The translations under genes were made by a program, and so were the position numbers. A stretch of DNA of 64,000 bases, taken from a virus. The notes beneath the pieces were generated by a model. That model was not told where the DNA came from. It searched no databases and saw only the letters and a list, made by a program, of their open reading frames with translations. This document shows, one piece after another, positions 8,718-16,552 of the stretch; within the stretch, counting starts at the first letter, position 1, and each line of letters opens with the position of its first letter. The DNA lies in the IMG/VR virus record IMGVR_UViG_3300042905_004373, positions 1 to 64,000 of that record. One strand, given 5' to 3'.

Positions 8718-9449
8718 ATGTTCCAATTCGCAGAAGTCGGTGGTGCAGTCCGAGACAAGTTTCTTGGTGTAGATTCCAAGGATGTTGATTTCGTTGCAAT
8801 CCCGATAAATCCAAAGATGTTCGCAAATGCCGATGAGGCATTTGCTACCTTAGTGAATGTTTTGAAAGTTGATGGATTTGAGGTTTTTCTAGAAACTCCT
8901 GAGTTCTTCACTGTTCGGGCACAAGTTCCAACGTGGCATCCTGTGAGGAAAAGAACTACTGTTGCTGACTTTGTTCTGGCACGGAAAGATGGTCCGAGTA
9001 GTGATGGTCGTCGTCCTGATTTTGTTCTTCCCGGAACCCTGATGGATGACCTGCAACGACGGGATTTTACCGTGAATGCGATGGCAATTCTGGATGGGGA
9101 ACTGGTGGATCCTTTCGGTGGTCGTGAAGACCTTGAGAATAATCTTCTTCGGTTTGTGGGTAATCCTACTGACCGAATTGCAGAAGATGGTCTGAGGGTT
9201 ATGAGGGCACTGCGGTTTCACATTACCAAAGGGTTTAATATTGAAGGACAAACTTGGGATGCAGTCAATAGCGATTTTGCTGCTGAAATGCTGAACAAGG
9301 TTTCGGTTGAACGTATCCGTGAGGAACTTGAAAAAATGTTTCTTGCAAATACCGTTGCTACTATGGAGACCCTCAGTGATGTGAGGCGTAAAATGAAAAA
9401 TGCCATCTTCCGTGATGGTCTGCGTCTGATGCCCACTCTGAAAAAGTAA
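8718..9449 (+). CDS. tRNA nucleotidyltransferase / poly(A) polymerase family head-domain protein (CCA-adding-enzyme-like, 243 aa)
   Basis: GGAVRD (GGxVRD) and RRDFTVNA (RRDFTxNA) class-II nucleotidyltransferase motifs; DPFGG..DL; RALRF. Confidence 0.75.
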   Translation: MFQFAEVGGAVRDKFLGVDSKDVDFVAIPINPKMFANADEAFATLVNVLKVDGFEVFLETPEFFTVRAQVPTWHPVRKRTTVADFVLARKDGPSSDGRRPDFVLPGTLMDDLQRRDFTVNAMAILDGELVDPFGGREDLENNLLRFVGNPTDRIAEDGLRVMRALRFHITKGFNIEGQTWDAVNSDFAAEMLNKVSVERIREELEKMFLANTVATMETLSDVRRKMKNAIFRDGLRLMPTLKK

Positions 9450-9455
9450 ATCACT

Positions 9456-9563
9456 ATGCTTGCTCTTATTTGCCTTTCTCCATTCGTAGTAATTTTTCTC
9501 CTAGTATTACTTTTCGATGATGATATTGAAACTTTAGATAAAAACCACCACCTCAAAAAGTAA
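9456..9563 (+). CDS. 35-aa hydrophobic peptide ending DDDIETLDKNHHLKK
   Basis: MLALICLSPFVVIFLLVLL...; its 3' 60 bp duplicated at 9855..9904. Confidence 0.3.
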   Translation: MLALICLSPFVVIFLLVLLFDDDIETLDKNHHLKK

Positions 9564-9569
9564 ATCATT

Positions 9570-9797
9570 ATGAACGACCTGATTGAAGCACTCCAAATAT
9601 TTTCCAAGTACGGAAATCCAGATTATCCAACTCATTGTGAACACGAAGAACTAACTATCTCTGCAGAAATTGACCCAGATGATGTGCCTTATGATGATAG
9701 GATTAGGTTGGAGAAGTTGGGGTTTTTTGTAAGTTATATTGATGGTGATGATTCTGGAGTTAGTATTTTTAAATCCTTTAGGTTTGGTAGTTGCTGA
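9570..9797 (+). CDS. hypothetical protein
   Basis: 75 aa. Confidence 0.5.
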   Translation: MNDLIEALQIFSKYGNPDYPTHCEHEELTISAEIDPDDVPYDDRIRLEKLGFFVSYIDGDDSGVSIFKSFRFGSC

Positions 9798-9805
9798 TTA
9801 TTAAA

Positions 9806-9904
9806 ATGAATGAACCTCAAAGAACATCTAAAACAACGGCACCTAAACCTTTCGTTGATGATGATATTGAAACTTTAGATAAGAACCACCACCTCAAAAA
9901 GTAA
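9806..9904 (+). CDS. 32-aa ORF MNEPQRTSKTTAPKPFVDDDIETLDKNHHLKK (mosaic of two local repeats)
   Basis: N-part duplicated at 10105..10145, C-part duplicated at 9513..9563. Confidence 0.25.
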   Translation: MNEPQRTSKTTAPKPFVDDDIETLDKNHHLKK

Positions 9905-9910
9905 ATCATT

Positions 9911-10150
9911 ATGAAACTACATTACGAAATCAAACACCCTAAAGAGTTGGAAACTATGAAAGAAAATGGTGATATTCAAGATTATTCTCTTTATGATAAT
10001 GATTTTGGGGAGACTCTTGAAATTACATTTCCTTCAGGTAAAACTCTAGTAGTTCATAACTGGGGTGCAGAATACAACTGTTATCTTGATTTTACACAAA
10101 CTCCAGATGAACCTCAAAGAACATCTAAAACAACGGCACCTAAACCTTGA
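9911..10150 (+). CDS. hypothetical protein
   Basis: 79 aa; C-terminus ...DEPQRTSKTTAPKP repeats 9806 ORF N-terminus. Confidence 0.5.
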   Translation: MKLHYEIKHPKELETMKENGDIQDYSLYDNDFGETLEITFPSGKTLVVHNWGAEYNCYLDFTQTPDEPQRTSKTTAPKP

Positions 10151-10220
10151 ACTACATCGTCCATTTTTAGATGAAGAACTCAACATCGCCACTTTTTATT
10201 GCTGGAACCCATCAGGACAA

Positions 10221-10637
10221 ATGGTAGGATACCAACAATACAACCCAAATGGTGATAAGAAAATCTTTAATTCTAAATTGGAGGGCAAATACTATACCTA
10301 CAGAAACAAGAATCACCAAACAGTAGTTGTATGGGGCACCGAAAGTCTCTATCAGTCAGATGGTGTTGTCTATCTGACTGAAGGAATCTTTGATGCTGCC
10401 CGTATGACAAATATGGGGCAATCTGCTCTTGCTGCTATGGCAAATAATCCTCCAAAGGATTATAGAAACTGGTTGCAAATGCTAAATCGTCCTGTGGTTG
10501 CTGTTTGTGATAATGATGATGCAGGAAGAAAACTTGCCAAGTTCGGGCATTATGTAGAAGTAGTTCCTGATGGTAAAGATTTGGGTGATGCTCCTGATGA
10601 TTATGTCAGGTATCTACTCACCAAGTATGCCACCTGA
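10221..10637 (+). CDS. stand-alone TOPRIM-domain protein (DnaG-type)
   Basis: LTEGIFDA (EGxxD) and CDNDDAGRK (DxDxAG) TOPRIM motifs; first in-frame ATG after 9911 ORF stop (track ORF 10065 opens earlier, overlapping). Confidence 0.6.
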   Translation: MVGYQQYNPNGDKKIFNSKLEGKYYTYRNKNHQTVVVWGTESLYQSDGVVYLTEGIFDAARMTNMGQSALAAMANNPPKDYRNWLQMLNRPVVAVCDNDDAGRKLAKFGHYVEVVPDGKDLGDAPDDYVRYLLTKYAT

Positions 10638-10687
10638 CGAACTGGCACACTGAGGCACTCCAGACTCCTCTGGATGCCCTATAATAG
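10633..10687 (+). promoter_or_regulatory. Class-A cassette (CCTGACGAACTGGCACACTGAGGCAC ... 10-bp bulged hairpin ... CCCTATAAT)
   Basis: Consensus copy; near-identical duplicate at 11501..11560. Confidence 0.5.
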
Positions 10688-10715
10688 TCTCATACACACA
10701 AAGGAGAGTTTCCAA

Positions 10716-11198
10716 ATGGGTCTTGATATGTATCTCTATGCCGAAAAGAGATTTGGTTTTTGTAGTTGGGATAAAGAAGGAAAGGATAATGAAAAGTTTG
10801 ATAAACTTGTAGAGTTTGCAGAACTGAGTGATGTTGTGGATAAACAAATTGGGTCTGTTTCCGCATATGTCAAAGTTGAAGTTGGGTATTGGCGAAAGGT
10901 AAATGCCATTCACGAATACTTTGTGGGTAACTGTGCTAATGGTGTAGATGAATGTCAAGAGATTGAAGTTTATCGAGAAACTTTGGTTGCTCTGAAAGAT
11001 ATTTGTGGTCAACTGAGTTTGACTAAAGATGCAGAACAAGCAAAAGAACTTCTTTGCCCTAAAGGTGGTTTCTTCTTCGGAAGCACTGAGATTAATGAAT
11101 ACTACTTTGATAATATTGAATACACTTATGAACTTCTGACTAAGATTCTGGAAAATACACCAGAAGATTATCACTTCATCTATCGAGCATCCTGGTAG
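10716..11198 (+). CDS. hypothetical protein
   Basis: 160 aa from ATG with AAAGGAGAG SD after cassette. Confidence 0.6.
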   Translation: MGLDMYLYAEKRFGFCSWDKEGKDNEKFDKLVEFAELSDVVDKQIGSVSAYVKVEVGYWRKVNAIHEYFVGNCANGVDECQEIEVYRETLVALKDICGQLSLTKDAEQAKELLCPKGGFFFGSTEINEYYFDNIEYTYELLTKILENTPEDYHFIYRASW

Positions 11199-11204
11199 AC
11201 ACTT

Positions 11205-11255
11205 CCCAAACCGGCACAAGACCCCTCCACAGGGGCACCAGATGCCTTATAATAG
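11205..11255 (+). promoter_or_regulatory. Class-A cassette variant (AAACCGGCACAAG ... GATGCCTTATAAT)
   Basis: CCGGCACA instead of CTGGCACA. Confidence 0.4.
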
Positions 11256-11283
11256 TCTCATACACACAAAGGAGGTTCTCCAA

Positions 11284-11508
11284 ATGTCTTTTACTGCTGA
11301 AGGAACTATTGAAATTGATTTGGCAGAGTTCTTCACTTGGATTTACCAAAACTACGCACCTGTAAATGGTGTTGAGTATCAGTATGGTGTTCCTCGTGTG
11401 AATAAGAGTAATCAAACACTTGAGATTGATTTTGCGATGGCAACTGATTGTAATCCAAAGGATTGGATTGAACAACCTGATGCAGTCAATCAGTGGAAGG
11501 ACACTTGA
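11284..11508 (+). CDS. hypothetical protein (74 aa)
   Basis: ATG 8 nt after AAAGGAGG. Confidence 0.55.
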   Translation: MSFTAEGTIEIDLAEFFTWIYQNYAPVNGVEYQYGVPRVNKSNQTLEIDFAMATDCNPKDWIEQPDAVNQWKDT

Positions 11509-11560
11509 CGAACTGGCACACTGAGGCACTCCAGACTCCTCTGGATGCCCTATAATAGTC
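11501..11560 (+). promoter_or_regulatory. Class-A cassette (near-identical copy of 10633..10687)
   Basis: CTTGACGAACTGGCACACTGAGGCACTCCAGACTCCTCTGGATGCCCTATAAT. Confidence 0.5.
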
Positions 11561-11581
11561 TCATACACACAGAAACCTCCT

Positions 11582-11794
11582 ATGAAAATCAGCACTCAAA
11601 TTACTATCCAAGATCATAATGGTTTTTGGTATCAGGTAGAAGATATTCATACTGATGTGGGTTGTCCTGGTTGCACTATTTCCTATTGGGAAGAAGATAG
11701 TGAGCGAGGTGATAAACGACATTCATTCATTTGTATGAATAAGGAAGAAGCACTTGCTATTGCTGATGCCATCTACAAACTCTTTAAGAACTGA
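11582..11794 (+). CDS. hypothetical protein
   Basis: 70 aa. Confidence 0.55.
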   Translation: MKISTQITIQDHNGFWYQVEDIHTDVGCPGCTISYWEEDSERGDKRHSFICMNKEEALAIADAIYKLFKN

Positions 11795-11967
11795 TGGACT
11801 ACGAAACTTACATAGACATCAAGCAGTATTCTACTGATTGTTATTTTTCTTACACCCTCAGGGTTACAGATGTAATGAATATGGATTACTACTATAGTGG
11901 TACTGCTAAAACTCTTGATGATGTTATGGATTGTATCAAACTTCACCTCAAACAACACCAGAACTGA
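11794..11967 (+). CDS. hypothetical protein (57 aa)
   Basis: TGATGG overlap. Confidence 0.35.
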   Translation: MDYETYIDIKQYSTDCYFSYTLRVTDVMNMDYYYSGTAKTLDDVMDCIKLHLKQHQN

Positions 11968-11968
11968 A

Positions 11969-12154
11969 ATGACCATCAAATCTGTGATTGTAACACGCTC
12001 TATTGAGTATTCTCCCGAAGTATATCTTGAGTGTTGTGAAGAAACTGGTGAAACTCCTACACAAGAAGGATTCATTGAATTCATCCAAGATTGGATTTAT
12101 GATGACTTTAGGTGTGGTAACACCACACAAGAAATCACCGAACTCAACTACTGA
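11969..12154 (+). CDS. hypothetical Cys-containing protein (61 aa)
   Basis: in frame with track ORF 11897. Confidence 0.4.
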   Translation: MTIKSVIVTRSIEYSPEVYLECCEETGETPTQEGFIEFIQDWIYDDFRCGNTTQEITELNY

Positions 12155-12156
12155 AA

Positions 12157-12381
12157 ATGACTATTTTTTCCCGAACTCTTGATAGAGGAAATTACAAGAG
12201 TGTTGCTCAGTGTGAAGAACTACTATTTGTTTATGGTGAATATCGTGAGATGGCAAACGATATTTCAAATGATTGTGGCAGAACTATCAGTAGTGCTTCG
12301 TTGATTATGCTTCTTCAACAAATGACTGACCGCATTTGTGACCTTGAACGTGAAATCGCAAAACTCAACGGAGAAAATTGA
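12157..12381 (+). CDS. hypothetical protein
   Basis: 74 aa. Confidence 0.5.
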   Translation: MTIFSRTLDRGNYKSVAQCEELLFVYGEYREMANDISNDCGRTISSASLIMLLQQMTDRICDLEREIAKLNGEN

Positions 12382-12382
12382 A

Positions 12383-12598
12383 ATGACTGAAAAAGACACC
12401 TATGCATACTGCGAACACCTTATTCAAAAAGAAATTGATGAGGTATTTGTGACTGTTAGTAGTTGGAGCAGAGAATGTGCCGACCATAATGAAGAGTTTA
12501 TTTCTTTCAAACAAAGAAAAAGTGAAGAACTCAAAAACCTCTACAAACACTTGGAGAACATTCAAAAACTGAAAACCTCTTATCTTACTGGACGATAA
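12383..12598 (+). CDS. hypothetical protein (71 aa)
   Basis: in frame with track ORF 12338. Confidence 0.45.
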   Translation: MTEKDTYAYCEHLIQKEIDEVFVTVSSWSRECADHNEEFISFKQRKSEELKNLYKHLENIQKLKTSYLTGR

Positions 12599-12774
12599 TG
12601 ACTAACCAAATTACCAAAGAACAACTAATCCGAGTTAAAATTCTTCCTCAACTTGAAAGTGTTTCTGATTTTTTGCTTGATTGTCACGACAATTCCACAG
12701 CAAAGCATTTTGGTAGGAAACTGGATAAAATTACTGAAGAACTCATCACTATTTTGAACGACGAGGACACCTGA
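12598..12774 (+). CDS. hypothetical protein (58 aa) ending ...DEDT*
   Basis: ATAATG overlap; stop codon lies inside cassette GACACCTGAACAACTGGCAC. Confidence 0.4.
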   Translation: MTNQITKEQLIRVKILPQLESVSDFLLDCHDNSTAKHFGRKLDKITEELITILNDEDT

Positions 12775-12824
12775 ACAACTGGCACACAGGGCACTTCACA
12801 GGGGAACCAGATGCCTTATAATTG
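12766..12824 (+). promoter_or_regulatory. Class-A cassette
   Basis: GACACCTGAACAACTGGCACACAGGGCAC...GATGCCTTATAAT. Confidence 0.5.
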
Positions 12825-12845
12825 ATTCATAAGCAACCCAACCAA

Positions 12846-13430
12846 ATGAACATCAACGGATACGAAATCAAACCTGGTGCTAACCTTGTGGGTGCTTACC
12901 TTGGGTGTGCTTACCTTGTGGGTGCTAACCTTAGCGGTGCTCACCTTGTGAGTGCTAACCTTGTGAGTGCTAACCTTAGGGGTACTAACCTTAGTGGTGC
13001 CGACCTTGAGGGTGCCGACCTTAGTTGTGCCGCCCTTAGGGGTGCCGACCTTTATGGTGCCATCCTTAGGGGTGCCTACCTTAGGGATGCCAACCTTAGT
13101 TGTGCCGCCCTTAGGGGTGCTGACCTTAGGGGTGCTGACCTTAGGGGTGCTTACCTTGAGGGTGCCATCCTTAGGGGTGCTGACCTTTATCGTGCCGACC
13201 TTAGGGGTGCCGACCTTAGGGGTGCCTACCTTTATCGTGCCGACCTTAGGTATGCCAACCTTGAGGGTGCCAACCTTGAGGGTGCAAATGTAACAGAAAC
13301 CATTCTTGATGGGAAAGAAGAACCTTCTCAAGATACCACTTCACTTTCTGAAAAAGTTAAAGAACTTGAGGAAGAAAACAAGAAACTTAAGGATACACTT
13401 AAGGCAATTCTGGCACTTCTGGACACCTGA
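12846..13430 (+). CDS. pentapeptide-repeat protein (28 tandem A[D/N]LxG repeats) with C-terminal coiled coil
   Basis: GANLV GAYLG ... GADLR GAYLE ...; 15-bp DNA periodicity; C-terminal KVKELEEENKKLKDTLKAILALL; start at ATG 12846 rather than track TTG 12822. Confidence 0.8.
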   Translation: MNINGYEIKPGANLVGAYLGCAYLVGANLSGAHLVSANLVSANLRGTNLSGADLEGADLSCAALRGADLYGAILRGAYLRDANLSCAALRGADLRGADLRGAYLEGAILRGADLYRADLRGADLRGAYLYRADLRYANLEGANLEGANVTETILDGKEEPSQDTTSLSEKVKELEEENKKLKDTLKAILALLDT

Positions 13431-13480
13431 ACAACTGGCACACAGGGCACTTCACAGGGGAACCAGATGCCTTATAATAC
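13424..13480 (+). promoter_or_regulatory. Class-A cassette (exact copy of 12766 box)
   Basis: GACACCTGAACAACTGGCACACAGGGCACTTCACAGGGGAACCAGATGCCTTATAAT. Confidence 0.5.
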
Positions 13481-13504
13481 AAAGGTAGTCAAGGGAACAC
13501 TCCC

Positions 13505-13642
13505 ATGAACATGAGACCCAAACGGTACTTCTTCTTCGATGAGTATGGTGCATGGTACAAGGTGATTGCAAGTTGTCTTGCTGCTGCTACTGCACAACTT
13601 CCTGCCGATTTTGAGTACGATTACTACGAGGTTCACAAATGA
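13505..13642 (+). CDS. hypothetical protein (45 aa)
   Basis: ATG after conserved leader; ATGA overlap with next gene. Confidence 0.35.
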   Translation: MNMRPKRYFFFDEYGAWYKVIASCLAAATAQLPADFEYDYYEVHK

Positions 13643-14226
13643 TTACCTTTGATTATGTCGTTCACAAACTCTACTGTGATCGTAAAGAATGGGAATGCTA
13701 TTCTTACACTCCCGATTCAGTCATTGAAGAGATCAATGCACTTGTTTATGCAGTAATCACAACCAACACTGAACCTATAATTGCACAGAAGATCATTTAT
13801 GATACGATCTATGCAAATGAGATGTATCGTGGATATGGTTTCAGTGATTCTGAGTGCGATCAGTGTACGACCAATATCATCAATGAGTATTATGGTAGTG
13901 ACATTGATCGTTGGGTAAATCGTTCTCTAATTGCAGAACATAAGAATGAGAAGTGGATTCATAACGTAACACCTCAAAAAAACAACACACAGGAGAAAAA
14001 AGCAGTGGGACTTACACAACAAAGTTACGAACGACTTGCTGAAGCACTTGCTGATGAAGTATCCTGTTATATTGCTGAGGATGACAGGTTTCGGGAAATG
14101 ATTCTGAAGTTGATTCCTGAAGCAATTCAGAGTAAACTTGGTCTTGTTGATGCTGAAGTTATTGGTGAGTTGACTGCTCATCTTGCACCTAGAATGGTTC
14201 TTGTTGATATGGAATTCAATGTCTGA
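13639..14226 (+). CDS. hypothetical protein
   Basis: 195 aa. Confidence 0.6.
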   Translation: MITFDYVVHKLYCDRKEWECYSYTPDSVIEEINALVYAVITTNTEPIIAQKIIYDTIYANEMYRGYGFSDSECDQCTTNIINEYYGSDIDRWVNRSLIAEHKNEKWIHNVTPQKNNTQEKKAVGLTQQSYERLAEALADEVSCYIAEDDRFREMILKLIPEAIQSKLGLVDAEVIGELTAHLAPRMVLVDMEFNV

Positions 14227-14509
14227 AAATTACTCTCTACTTGAACCGATTCCTGCTTGCCGCGATTGTAAGCATTGTCGTTTGATTCCTGGTCTTTTTC
14301 ATGTTTGCCAAAAGCATTATGTTGAAGAATTGGATTACATTAAAGGCATAGTTTATGCTGTTGATATGGTTTGTATTGAAGTCAGGAAAGATAAATCTCT
14401 CTGTGGTCGAAATGGAAAGGATTTTGAGCAGAGGGAAAACCCACTTGAAGAAGACAAACCCAAATCAACTTGGTGGCATCTCAAGCAAATGATTAAAGAA
14501 TTCTTTTAA
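14219..14509 (+). CDS. Cys-rich hypothetical protein (CRDCKHC...C)
   Basis: ATGTCTGA overlap with upstream stop; in frame with track ORF 14183. Confidence 0.5.
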   Translation: MSENYSLLEPIPACRDCKHCRLIPGLFHVCQKHYVEELDYIKGIVYAVDMVCIEVRKDKSLCGRNGKDFEQRENPLEEDKPKSTWWHLKQMIKEFF

Positions 14510-14514
14510 GCATA

Positions 14515-14781
14515 ATGAATTACGAAACTGAAATCATAGATGGACACAAAGCAGTTGTCCGTCATTTCTTCAAACATCATGAAATCCAAGTTGGTTCTCG
14601 TTGGGCACGGGCAGATGGTTCCAAGGGTTATGTGACCGTTGAGGGTTTTAATTCTTATGGTTCTACTGACCCTTGGTATGAGGTTGTTTATTCTTGGGAA
14701 GAGAATGGTGTGAAGAAAACCTGGCAAAAAGAAACTTTTGCTTTCCAGTGCCGTTATTGCTTGATTGTTGAGGACACCTGA
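14515..14781 (+). CDS. hypothetical protein ending ...VEDT*
   Basis: 88 aa; stop within cassette. Confidence 0.55.
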   Translation: MNYETEIIDGHKAVVRHFFKHHEIQVGSRWARADGSKGYVTVEGFNSYGSTDPWYEVVYSWEENGVKKTWQKETFAFQCRYCLIVEDT

Positions 14782-14832
14782 TTAACTGGCACAGCAGGGC
14801 ACTTCAGACTCCTCTGGATGCCCTACAATAGT
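14774..14832 (+). promoter_or_regulatory. Class-A cassette variant (CCTGATTAACTGGCACAGCAGGGCAC ... CCCTACAAT)
   Basis: TACAAT -10 variant. Confidence 0.45.
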
Positions 14833-14854
14833 CTCATACACACAGAAACCTCAC

Positions 14855-15328
14855 ATGACCTTCTCTGACTTCGTTGCAACCCGTCCTATGGTTCAGGCAC
14901 AAGTGAACGATGTGCTTCGTTATACTGAATCTCTGGTCAATGCTCTGGATGAGAACTATCGTCTTCACACTACGAAATCTCATCAGAATGCCATTGCCAA
15001 GAATGGTATTGTGGATGAATCTTATGTTCCCTATCATGAGAAGTGTCTGGAGCAAATTCGCAATGGCACTTATGATTATCGTATGAATTTCTATATTGTG
15101 GAGAGTCGTAAGTATCTGCGTATTGAAATGGAAACTGGTGTCAATCATGATGGTAGTGTGAAGCAAAAGAGTATTCATGCCTTCATTGATAAGAAGACTG
15201 GTGAAGTGTATAAACCTGCAACCTGGAAGTCTCCTGCCAAGCATGTGCGTTTTAATCTCATGGATAAGCAATCCCGTGATAATTGCTATCGTCGTGCTGA
15301 CTGGGCAGGATCTTATCTGTACAAATGA
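14855..15328 (+). CDS. hypothetical protein
   Basis: 157 aa. Confidence 0.6.
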   Translation: MTFSDFVATRPMVQAQVNDVLRYTESLVNALDENYRLHTTKSHQNAIAKNGIVDESYVPYHEKCLEQIRNGTYDYRMNFYIVESRKYLRIEMETGVNHDGSVKQKSIHAFIDKKTGEVYKPATWKSPAKHVRFNLMDKQSRDNCYRRADWAGSYLYK

Positions 15329-15522
15329 TGTTTGATCCACTTAAGGAAGGATTCTACTATGTTGAGTACACTTATATGAATTGTACTCTGAAGGCAGTAT
15401 ATTTTGAATTAGAATCCGCACAGGAAGCAATGGTTAAGATGATGAAGAGAGGTGTTGAGTGTCATGGTCTTCATCAATGGAAACCTAAGTTAGAAATAGT
15501 ATCAATTAAAAAAAGGTATTAA
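15325..15522 (+). CDS. hypothetical protein
   Basis: 65 aa; ATGATG overlap. Confidence 0.45.
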   Translation: MMFDPLKEGFYYVEYTYMNCTLKAVYFELESAQEAMVKMMKRGVECHGLHQWKPKLEIVSIKKRY

Positions 15523-15808
15523 AAAATATATAATTGTTTTTTATAATGATAGTGTTATATGATGTTATTATCTTTTAATACTTTGAGTCTTATGCTTTCT
15601 AAATGCCTTATAATGCCTTATAAATGGTCGATTCTTATGCAAGTTTGGCGAGCGCATTATAACACACTCACTTCGCAAAGTCAACCCCCCGCGCCACCAT
15701 AAGAACTGGCACAACCTCACAAGATCTCAATATCATCATATAACACTATCATGATATGTTAGTATTTCAATATATTTGTACTTTATAAGTGCTATATAAT
15801 CTTATGTG

Positions 15809-15992
15809 AATCTCGACGAGACCTGCACGACTGCTTGCAATCTCGACGAGATCATGCTACAATATCAAAGTCACTCACAGAATCTCGACGAGCATTATGT
15901 ACGACGACTACGATCTCGACTACACATTTGGTAATGATTACAATCTCGACGAAGACTCATATGCCGAACTAGGTGCATCAGATCTCGAAGAG
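15809..15992. repeat. six direct copies of (A/G)ATCTCGA(C/A)GA(G/A) iteron-like repeat, 30-42-bp spacing, within 740-bp non-coding gap next to AT-rich tract
   Basis: copies at 15809, 15839, 15881, 15912, 15942, 15981; AT-rich 15523..15600. Confidence 0.6.
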
Positions 15993-16261
15993 GATTATGC
16001 GCGAGATGGTCAAGACTATCAAAGTCTTGCATATCGCCACTATGCATGATAGAATTCAGTACAATCGCATTTAATTCTCATGATCGCACAAAAACGACAG
16101 GTAAGAGTTGTTCTAGACATCGAGTGTTATGATGATCTGGATCTGGAAGATATTAATTGGCGCGAAGTACTTCAATTGGAAGGTGGGGAAGAAGTACATT
16201 ATAACATCAAAGACCTAGATCCCTTTATGTGATGTGACAATAAAAAAAGCGGCACAAGGAC

Positions 16262-16480
16262 ATGAGATCCCGTGCCGCTTTGTGGTCTATAATGACTGCA
16301 GTTCACACAACTCTCATGGAACTGAACATCAACCGAACTGATTTCACTGCTCTGGAGACTATTGCAACGGTTTTGAAGGTTTATGAGAACAACTTTCCGA
16401 ATCTGTCGGAAGGTGAGAATGCTCTATGGGCAATTGCGATGATTAAGCATGAGGTTGAGCAGACTGGTAGGACACTCTGA
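16262..16480 (+). CDS. hypothetical protein
   Basis: 72 aa (alt. start 16291). Confidence 0.45.
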   Translation: MRSRAALWSIMTAVHTTLMELNINRTDFTALETIATVLKVYENNFPNLSEGENALWAIAMIKHEVEQTGRTL

Positions 16481-16552
16481 CAACTGGCACAATGGCACTG
16501 GACTTCCTGCCGGTGCTCTGCTACATTACATTCGTACCTGAGACACCTCATG
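16471..16552 (+). promoter_or_regulatory. Class-B cassette (GACACTCTGACAACTGGCACAATGG ...)
   Basis: TGGCACA box after embedded stop. Confidence 0.4.

Noticed and set aside
12816-13331. 171-aa minus-strand ORF (KVGT repeats) and + strand alternate-frame ORF 12967..13293
   Set aside because: Both are frame shadows of the 15-bp periodic pentapeptide-repeat gene. Only the + frame beginning ATG 12846 has a cassette promoter and SD and ends at the next cassette.
15809-15992. CRISPR array
   Set aside because: Repeats are only 11–12 bp with irregular 30–42-bp spacing, and no cas genes are present. The iteron/operator or coding-repeat interpretation fits better.
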